64,000 bases of DNA from Eledone cirrhosa (Eukaryota). Below, piece by piece: positions 51,825 through 64,000 of the stretch. Each line of letters starts with the position of its first letter. Positions within the stretch are counted from its first letter, which is position 1. The position numbers and the translations under genes are program-made. Where the stretch lies: the NCBI GenBank assembly GCA_964016885.1, contig OZ024745.1, positions 15,066,001 to 15,130,000 of the forward strand, read 5' to 3'. Below the pieces are notes generated by a model. That model did no database searches. It was not told where the DNA came from and saw only the letters and a program-made list of their open reading frames with translations.

Positions 51825-53146
51825 GGTACATGGCTTAATCTAATGGGATATATTGTTCACCTTGTCAAAGGTAGAATTCGACTCCTGGACCGAGTGAACT
51901 GTTGTGTCTTTGTTAAAAAAACGCTTTATTTCACGACCCACTAGTTCACTAAGCTGTAGAAATCCCATGTAGCTGAGCATTCCACAGACACGTGTATCCT
52001 TAATGTAGCTTTCAGTGACACAGTTGTCTCTTTATATTGTAGGTACAAGTCATTTGTGCCAGTTAAGTGGAGTGGTGTGGAGTGGAGCAACATAAAATAG
52101 AGTATCTTGCTGACGGATAGTAGCACAATCGACAATCGAACTCACGACCTCACCATTGAGTAGAACACATTAAACAAGACTCTGTCTACAATACATAGAC
52201 ACAGTTACTCCTTACATATATTTAAGATGAATAACTACTGCATGCGATATAAGTGGCAAGTACCATTTTTCTTTAAATTTCTTATGTAAAGATTATTCGA
52301 TAAAAATATCAAACACACGAGAAGCTATTCACAGCCATAATATTCTCTGCATTATTATAGTTGGTTCCTACTTTTTTTTTTTATTAAGGAAAGTTATAAA
52401 TAAAGTAATCGATATGTAGTCGAATATTTCTGGTGAACAACGTAGAAATGTGTGGACGGGGAAGTGCTTTCAGATTTAATCGGTAAAATGTAAGACGGAT
52501 CATTGGCCTCTAGAAGCTTCGTATATAACCTTATAAGTGTTACCTAACCTTACCATCTCTAATGCAGTTAGTGATCAGTTTTCAGAAGCTAAACTGAAAT
52601 AAAAATGCATGAGATTCAACTAAAAGTTAACACCATTTATGTGATGATATTTTGATTAAGTGCCAAATTTGTATAGGAAAACTATAGTTTATAGTAGAGA
52701 CATTTACTAAGCTTTTTCGCTACAAAAATGATATTTCCCTATACAATGAATTAAGAATTCGCCTATTCTATATTCCAGTTTTATTGAATGATCTGTACAT
52801 TATAAAAATCGTTTCGCTGCTCACTTCAAGTACATTACCGAGCACACAGTTAATACGCATATACAAGTGAAAATGCCTTTCACTTTTAGATGTACCCATA
52901 AATACAAACAGTTCTATTTTCCATTGATCCTGGCTAGATTTCCTTTTCATTTATATTTTGTTTACTTGCAATGAAAATATTTTAATGCATTTTACTTTTC
53001 CTTACATTTTCTCCCTCAGGCTAGTAGAATATTCGTTAAATGTGAATAATGTTATTTTTATTACACACTTACAAAATACCTGTGGTTGGTACAAACGCTA
53101 TAACAGTGGAGGAAGAATGTTATAGTAGTTAGCCAAATATTTCTAA

Positions 53147-53420
53147 GGTGGCGAGTTGGCAGAGTTGTTAGAACGTAAGATAGGAAGCTTTGCTTTGTAG
53201 TCTTCTGATTTTTGAATTCAAATCTAGGTCGAAAAATGTAACAGTCTAGTACTGGGATCAATTCTTCCTCTATATCTATTTGTCATTTCCGTTCTCTCAC
53301 TCTCTATCCTCTCTGGAAGAAATCTGTTGTGTTCAGACCTGGAGAGGAGATGGGTTTAAAATGCTCTTGAATCGCTGTAGGTGAAAACGGCGCCCTAACA
53401 ACACTCTTAGGAGACCATGC
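53147..53420 (+). mobile_element. SINE variant with extended 3' segment
   Basis: ggtggcgagttggcag head; ctctcactctctatcc..gaagaaatct..gacctggagaggagat..cggcgcccta. Confidence 0.68.
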
Positions 53421-53672
53421 ATGATTCTGTAAGATATAAGGTCAATTCTAACTTCTATTGTGATGGTTTTCATGGTTTGATTAAAACAAAGTTAATTCAA
53501 TTCGGTTGAGAGAATATTGAGATCCATTCAGTCGTTTGTTCTCTCTTTTCTCTTGTTCCAATGCAAGACATCAATTCGCCATTTCGATCAGTGAAATCTA
53601 TATATAATATAAAAGAAAGATATTTATTGGCTGGCTGGTTGGTTGGTTGGTTGGTTGAATCGCACGAAAACT

Positions 53673-53757
<85 letters not shown>

Positions 53758-54957
53758 TACTCACACATCAAAAGACAGAGAGACACAGAGGGAGAGGCAG
53801 AAAGAGAGAGATAGGCTGTTATACAGAGAGAGATACAATTAAAGTGTTAGATATTCAGAGAGAGAAAGAGAGACGTCCCACAAAAGTATATCAGTTGAAG
53901 GTTTAACAATATTGCGTTAGCTTTTATAAAGTCTTTTTACAGTCTTTGGTTTTACAGAACAAAGAAAAAATCGATACTATTTGAAATTAATTTACCCTCC
54001 AGCTTTTATCCATATACTATTTACAGTCCATAATAACATAGCAACACTTCAGAAGTAATGTTATGCAGTATATTGCTGAGTTTCAGATGACGCCGTTTGG
54101 AGCTAAAAAAGATGATACTGACTATGGTTATTTTACAACATTTAAAATCCAAGGCCATTTAATCGGCAGTTTACTTCGCAAGCCTAATAAGGAAGTTTTG
54201 TGATTATTTTTTTATGTTTCGCTCACACACACTCACACACACATTACGATCTCACCTCATACCAAACAACATATCCAATATAGTGGTTTTCTCTTTTATC
54301 CGTCTTCTCTTAACTGTTCTCCAGAGCGAATTATATGCAGTAATGACAAAATTAATAATAGCGTTTTATATAAACCCAAGGATACACTTATGAAGAAGAA
54401 ACGTGTATCCGATAAAATGGAACCTAGTAGGTTGGCTTTTATATTATTGGTCTTAATGCCGTAGAAATTGAACTACTCAGCTCACAAACGATACGAAATC
54501 AATAATGATAATAATCAACCATAATAATACACCCCGTTTGTATATTTGTATACAGCTACATCTATAACTCATAACACTTTGCACACAAACACATGCGCAC
54601 ACATACACACAGTATACTTCCCATCTCTGACATGTTGCTACAGGAAGAAGTTGACTCTCCACTCACAATGTCCGGCATATAGTTATTTTTCCAAAGTTAC
54701 TCTACATTTAATACTGTATATCATTTGTACATATATACTGAATATTTATGTAATTATATCCTAGAAGCAGATTATTAAAATATCACTTCCACGTGTACGT
54801 AGTCAACGGAAACTATAGGGTTTCTCCTATGCAAACTATTAATTTATAAAAAGGCCAAGTATTCATATATCCGGTAACCTGGTAAATATGGCATACGAAA
54901 CCTGGATTCTAAAACTTAAAGAGATAGAACGTTATAACCATTCTTATTGACGGCACT

Positions 54958-55180
54958 AGGGCGGGGTATTGGTAGTAGAATCGGTAGAGGGTTGGACAGC
55001 ACATATTTTGCGGCATATAGTTATGTCCGTTAAAGTTCTAAGTTCAAATTACGCCAAGGTTAGCTTTGCCTTTCATTCTTATGAGGCTCGTTGAAATAAA
55101 ATACCAGCAACGAACTGAGATCGATTTAATCGACTTTTCCCCCTTTTCTAAAATTGATGGCCATGTGCCTCAGAAACCAT
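54958..55180 (+). mobile_element. tRNA-derived SINE
   Basis: Head, B box-like agttcaaat and core present. Confidence 0.75.
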
Positions 55181-56049
55181 GATTGACGACATTGGTCCAC
55201 TATAACATAATATTCACTCAATTTAGCTGATTCCTACTGTAAGATTTTTTCAACTTAATTAATGAACATACACGCTGAAAGATAGCAAATATACACAGTT
55301 ATTCCATAGTATAGCAAACACACTAGACTGATAATTAATGATGTGTCAGTAACTTGTGACAAATATTATATATACTATAAAGATAAAAATGATATATTTT
55401 GTACAACAAAATGGAGTCCGATGTATATTGAGATAAGTATAATGTGATTCTTATGTATTTCATTTCTTTGTTATTTCTCAAGAGTATATATATCGTTTCT
55501 TAAGAAAACGACAAGTGTTTCATGAATATCACATGACCGTCATCATGGTAAAAAATCAAAGGACAAGCTGAAATCAATTCATAAGAAGCTTTTTTTTAAT
55601 GATGCCGTTTGAAACTGATTAATCATACCAAATATTTAATGCATAACGTACAATGGATCATATGCCAGACGTAAATGGGTAGCTCTTCTGTTTGAATAAG
55701 TTATTAAAGGCAAAGAAGACTTTCAGCCGAATTTCGGTTGTTATATCAAAGACAGAGAAGGAAAAAGTTTCAATAATACTTCAATGTGGAAAGATCTGTT
55801 GTAAAAGTTGTATGGTAATTACATGTATTTAATCATATTAGACAACGACATGCATACCAAAAATAAACTTAGGTGACCGAACTATTCTTGATTTACTATG
55901 AAATCAATACTTTGAAAGTATTCTAGCCTTTATCACAGCAATACAATTATTAAGATTTCTAGAGCGTTTCATTTTCCTTTATCATGGACATTCTCTTTGA
56001 ATTACCATTATATCTTATCTAAGACTTAACAAATTTATTATTTTGTGTG

Positions 56050-56246
56050 TCAGGGAAGTGAATTGACAGTATCGGTAGAGGGTCGGACGCCATGCTTTCC
56101 AGTATAGACTTACGGCCGTTTATGGTCTGAGTTCAAATCGCGCCGAGGTTAACTTTGCCTTTCATCTTTACTGGGTCGATAGAATAAAGTACCAGTAATA
56201 CACAGGGATAAATGCTGGCCTTGTGCCAAAAGTAGAAACAATTATT
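56050..56246 (+). mobile_element. tRNA-derived SINE
   Basis: Closely matches 12581-12772. Confidence 0.82.
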
Positions 56247-56296
56247 TGTTGTGTGTGTTATATTACCTATTTCCTTCCTTTCTTTCTTTCCTTCTC

Positions 56297-56340
<44 letters not shown>

Positions 56341-56489
56341 TATTTATTTATTTATTTATTTATGGTTCACTCTCTCCCCCTCTTTCCCTCTCTCACCCTG
56401 ACTCAACACACACGTGCTTTCCTTCAAAAATTGTTTTCCGTTCCTTCCTCTCCTCACTCTTTGTCTTTCTATTTCATCTTTTATTCCTC

Positions 56490-56529
56490 AATCTTCCGAT
56501 GAAGGACTATTGTCTGAAACGTAAAAATT
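56490..56529 (+). ncRNA. Degenerate minimal hammerhead (U4C core)
   Basis: aatctt-CCGATGA-a-ggac tatt gtct-GAAA-cg-TA-aaaatt. Confidence 0.4.
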
Positions 56530-56910
56530 CTTTCTTACTATATCAAGCGTGAAATTAATATGATATTAATATAGTTGTTGATTGTACAGTGTTATACGTA
56601 TTTCCACGTGTATATTACGTCATTTCAAAGCTCCCAACTGACTAACATGAACAATCTTATAACCTGAATAATCTATTATTTTTTGAATTTTCACAGTTGT
56701 CTCTCTCCACCGATTTAACGTGGGTTGACTCCCCTTTGGGAAGTAACTTCTTCTGCACATGCGTATTCGTACAATTGTTTTTCCTTTTCCACATAATCTT
56801 ATTTAAACCGAGCTGATGATCCGACTAATGTGAAATAATTGTTATCGGAAATGGTGAACTAACTGTTTAACTGTTGTTGAACTACTTCTATGTATATATA
56901 TATATATATA

Positions 56911-57175
56911 GCTAGGTTATGAGTTCGATTCCATGACCTGGTGATGTGTAGCGTTGTGTCCTTCAGCAAGACACGCTGCTCCAATTCACTTAGCTGAAGA
57001 AATGAGTTGCGACGTCACTGGTGCCAAGCTCTATCGGCCTTTACACGGATATGGGAGGCTGGTATGTATGGATTGCTGGTTTTCCACAAACACCGTTGCC
57101 TGGACTTGTGCCTCGGAGGGGAACTTTCTAGGTACAAATCCCATGGCTACTCGTGACCGAAGGGAGTCTTTACCT
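56911..57175 (+). mobile_element. CORE-like tRNA SINE, 5'-truncated
   Basis: gagttcgattcc B box; gttgtgtccttcagcaagacac; aaatgagt; tail related to the minus-strand segment at 24500-24690. Confidence 0.55.
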
Positions 57176-57293
57176 CAAAATAAAGTTTCTTTAATCCTAA
57201 CAAGAGTTTGTTGGATTGGCATAATTGGTAAAGCGTCGCATTAAATGACCGCTGCGGTATGTTTTCATCGTATCTCTGTGTAATGTTTTATTC

Positions 57294-57490
57294 TACGAGG
57301 CTAAAAAATTCATAGGATGACTATGACACTTTCATGGAATGGCTAAATGAGTTTTATTTTTCAACATAGTTCGTGGAAAGAAAAAATGCTGTTATTAATA
57401 AGAAGAGTTAAAATTAATGCATGCATGATTTTACAGGCCTAACATCATGCCTTCATAGTCAGACTATGCACTTTGCAGGCGACCTTCATA
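57294..57490 (+). mobile_element. Mariner-like MITE
   Basis: TA-CGAGG..aaaaattcataggatgactatg start with reverse-complementary end catagtcagactatg..ccttcaTA. Confidence 0.7.
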
Positions 57491-57504
57491 TAGCGACATA
57501 ATAA

Positions 57505-57720
57505 GGCGATGGATTGGCAGAACGATTAAGTAATATGACAATAAGATGTATGCTATTTGTTCTGGCTATTTATATTCTTACTTCAAATTCCGCAGAGTTC
57601 AACTTTGCCTTTAATCCTTCCATCGTCGATACAATAATGTATCAGGTAAGTAGTGGTGTCGATATAATCGACTTTCCCCTTCCCCTAAAATTATGGCCTT
57701 GTGCTAAAATTAAGAATAAT
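57505..57720 (+). mobile_element. tRNA-derived SINE, degenerate
   Basis: aggcgatggattggcagaa head; ttcaaattccgc; ctttgccttt core. Confidence 0.7.
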
Positions 57721-57850
57721 TATATTACAATATAAAATTAGTTGTATCGTTAGTTGTATCAATTAGGGCATCTATTTTAATAAAACTTATGAAGTTAAAA
57801 TATTAATCAAAATATATTTCAAGAAGAAAAATATTAACAATTTTTTTTAC

Positions 57851-59004
57851 CGTGAAACATTAGAGGTGATTTTCATTTTTAATATTGGTAGATCATCAAG
57901 CATTGACTATTCTCTCAATGATAACACCTTAAAAATATTGCATCTATACATGAAATATGATCAATCATTTAAAGAATGAATCATTCTCTCTTCAGAATTT
58001 AAAGGAATTTTCAAAATAATTCATATAACTCATACAATATTCCGGTTATATTCTCTTCATTTCAAACTCATCTTGCAATGATTAAAAGATTCTTTTAAAA
58101 TATTTTCAATTGTTTCATTTAATATAAAATTTTTCCTTCGTCATTTTACATTTAGTCCATTTTCATTTAAATATATTTAACATTTTCATCTTTAAATTTT
58201 TTATGTATTTGTCTGTATTCAACAAACATCTCTGAAAATGTATTTCCCACAGTGACATGCAACTTCTTATTGTTGAAACTTCAAGATCATTTAATTATAA
58301 AGGTTTCCCAAACTTTTCATTAAATGACTAATAATATCTCAGATTCTTCTACAACCGGAACAATTATTTATTTTTGATGGGAATTGTTAATTTTTTTTCT
58401 TTGATCAGGATTCAGCACAATTCCAGTAATTTTGATTCATTATGAATGATAATTTCTTTGTGCTATTTCTTTCCCAGCAATGACATCAAAGAAACTCTTT
58501 ATAAGGTTTCACTATAGAAACAAAAAATAATGAACATTTCCAATATAAAATCAGTACTTGAAAAGAGATTAAATTACCTCACACTTTTAAAAGAATTTTA
58601 TTTTTTCATACAAGATTTCGACATTTTAATCCTGCAGTTACAACATATAGCAACTGTTTCTATTGTTTTAAAATTTTAATCAATCGTGTCATTGTATAAC
58701 ATCAAACGTGAACAATAATTCAGCTATTTCTCCTATCTTAGAGGCAATCGTTCTACTATCAGAATCAAGCCAGATTTATTTTTTTCAACAAACTACATTC
58801 GTAAATAATATCCATAAATTATATATTAAGGCAACAGCTTATTTTATTAGTTTCTCAAAAATATTATTCAAACCTCAGGTTTTCCTTCCATCATATTTCT
58901 TGATAATTCCTATAGAAATAGTTTTATTGTATTAATTTCTAGTGTGGATTTATTGTTTTAATTGTGGTATGAGGAGAGGACATTGCCCTTAGCTTTCGCA
59001 ATAT
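57851..59004 (-). pseudogene. Possible decayed spliced gene remnant (two exon-like blocks)
   Basis: Acceptors ctttttctacag (59005) and ttttgtttctatag (58512); donors gag|gtaatt (58577) and acg|gtaaaa (57850); protein-like peptides interrupted by stops. Confidence 0.3.
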
Positions 59005-59754
59005 CTGTAGAAAAAGCAACAGAAATAGAATCAAAATTATTTTATAAATACTTTTATTTATAAGTAACTCTGTATGCTGTAACTTTCATGGATATCTAAA
59101 AATGTTTATATTTGTTAGTATAAATTATATTTTTGTTTTCGAAATACATGTCATAGGATTACTAAACACTTTTTTAGACACTGGGCCATGTGTAGATACA
59201 CAAATAACATTAAATGAAATATAAAAAACGAAAACTATGTACTAAAATACAAGTAGTGGTTAGATGGTTGATATGGTCACAGCAGGCAACTCGATGTAGT
59301 AGGTTTGTTGAGAGTGAAGTTGTATAATTATTCACAGATATGTGGCAGGTTTAGTTATAGACGATTCAATAGCAGATATTGTCATAGCAAAGTAGTAGAT
59401 GTGGTCACAGATAAATGGTGGAATTGCTCAGAGGAATTTCAGATATAGTCACAGACTACTGGTTTATCCGCTCGCTGACAAGAGGCGGAGTTGATCACAA
59501 ACAACTAACGAATTCCATTAAAGACTAGTGGTATATAGACAAATAGCTAATGCATTCGGAATCATCTAAAAGTATGTACACGAAAATATTATTTTATTTT
59601 CCTTTTGCTAAGTAAAAATGCATATATTTTCAGGGAAGAAAAATGATATATTGAGCGTTTATACCTTACTGGGTAACAGATACAGATATCAACTTAAACC
59701 ACTTATTTAAATTAAAATCCACGGATAGTTGTACTGACTTCTATCTTTTAATGT

Positions 59755-59953
59755 CTCACCTATGAACTTTTGAAAAGTTCATAGGGGACTATGAAGTAGT
59801 GATGCTAGAGCTATAAAATCGTGCTTACGTTAATTTCAACTCTTCTTATTTAATAACTGTATTATTTCTTTCCAGTGACTATGTTGAAAAATAAAACTCA
59901 TTTGGTCATTCCATGAGAGTATCTTGGTCAGCCTATGAACTTTTCAACCTACC
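59755..59953 (-). mobile_element. Mariner-like MITE
   Basis: Reverse complement of the 57294-57490 family; TIRs gaaaagttcatagg / cctatgaacttttc. Confidence 0.7.
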
Positions 59954-60327
59954 ATGGTATACCCACTTTTACTGTTTGACCTGTTCCAGCTCGCTGAGGA
60001 GCCGCTGCTTCATTTTTATATGTTCTATATGTATTCGCCATTTGTTGGCATTTCATGAATGACGTGGTTTGTTACTGCAACCCTCCTGTAGGATCGTCTG
60101 GGATCCTAAGCAACCATCCTGTAGGATTGTCTGGGATTTAGGACAGCAAAGTTTCGAGAAACTTCATAAAAAAACATCTATACTCATTTCAGTTCTTTTT
60201 GTAAGATATTAAAGCAATTTAAAATCTAAACTTTTCTAGTATCACGTACTTACTCTAGATGCTAAAGGTGGAAACTTTGACACTATGGTGACTTGTTCCG
60301 TGGTTAGAATGGTCATGAATATACTGT

Positions 60328-60358
<31 letters not shown>

Positions 60359-60362
<4 letters not shown>

Positions 60363-60963
60363 AGTATGTATGTATGTATACGTACATACATATATGTATA
60401 CAGACGTACAGTAGTATGTATATATATACATACATGCACACGTGTATATATGCACGTATCGGTTTACCGAACCTTTATTATAATGCTCGGTTTGTTTGTT
60501 TGTAAACAAACAAACAGCCCGAATTACGCCGTACAGTGTTTAGGCAACCACGTCACCGTTTTGTTCAACACTGACACAGGAACGATGTACCAGTTTCAAG
60601 CTTGTTAGCTATCGTCAGCATCGTATACCTTCCTGCCAGATGATTGAACGTCTGAAAGTATATACCTTCCTTATGCCTATTAACGGCTGAGCAGCCCAAT
60701 TTGCATATCGAGTGAGTTCAGTCGGCCGGGCACACCGAAAACGATAAATGGAATAGAATGAAACGAAACAACCGAGCATTATAATAAATGTTCGGTAAAC
60801 CGATACGTGCATATATATATATGTGCATGTATGTATATATATACATACTACTGTACGTCTGTATACATATATGTATGTACATATACATACATACATACTT
60901 ACATTTAAGTAAGTGCCGTACTAACAGTGAGAAATGAAATTTCGTTTCATTCTATTCCATTTA
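60359..60963. mobile_element. Family A fold-back insertion (minus-sense arm 60359-60768 + inverted arm 60769-60963) in (TA)n
   Basis: Homologous to the other family A copies; arms reverse-complementary. Confidence 0.87.
60582..60624 (-). ncRNA. Minimal type I hammerhead ribozyme (family A) with compensatory helix I change
   Basis: acgatg-CTGACGA-tagctaacaagctt-GAAA-ctgg-TA-catcgt. Confidence 0.85.
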
Positions 60964-60979
60964 TCTATCTATCTATATA

Positions 60980-64000
<3,021 letters not shown>

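Overview
AT-rich, microsatellite-dense animal genomic DNA, most likely octopus/cephalopod (inferred from the SINE family and repeat landscape). It consists almost entirely of retroelements, and I find no confidently intact host gene. (1) Two (TAA)n-associated R4/Dong-like RT+RLE LINE families pile up at 0.1-22 kb (minus strand) and 33.5-38.3 kb (plus strand), interleaved with antisense Tx1/L1-like APE LINEs and (TTA)n-tailed tRNA SINEs. (2) Two decayed Penelope-like elements (PLEs) are present: a Naiad-type copy at 44.7-50.5 kb with an inverted pLTR, and a Neptune-type copy at 61.1-64 kb. (3) About a dozen minimal type I hammerhead ribozyme motifs can be read directly from the sequence. (4) The most notable signal is two related, non-coding ~445-465 bp hammerhead-bearing repeat families (6.3, 27.4, 45.8, 60.4 kb). 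They occur as tandem and fold-back insertions in AT microsatellites, keep an octamer motif, and end at two fixed termini: a hairpin loop, and a site ~60-70 nt further on. The Naiad element appears to follow the same rule, suggesting a retrozyme-like non-autonomous system mobilised by Naiad PLEs. Also present: candidate HDV-like folds, MITEs, LINE-derived minisatellites and a decayed spliced gene remnant. All calls come from manual reading; no database search or folding program was run.
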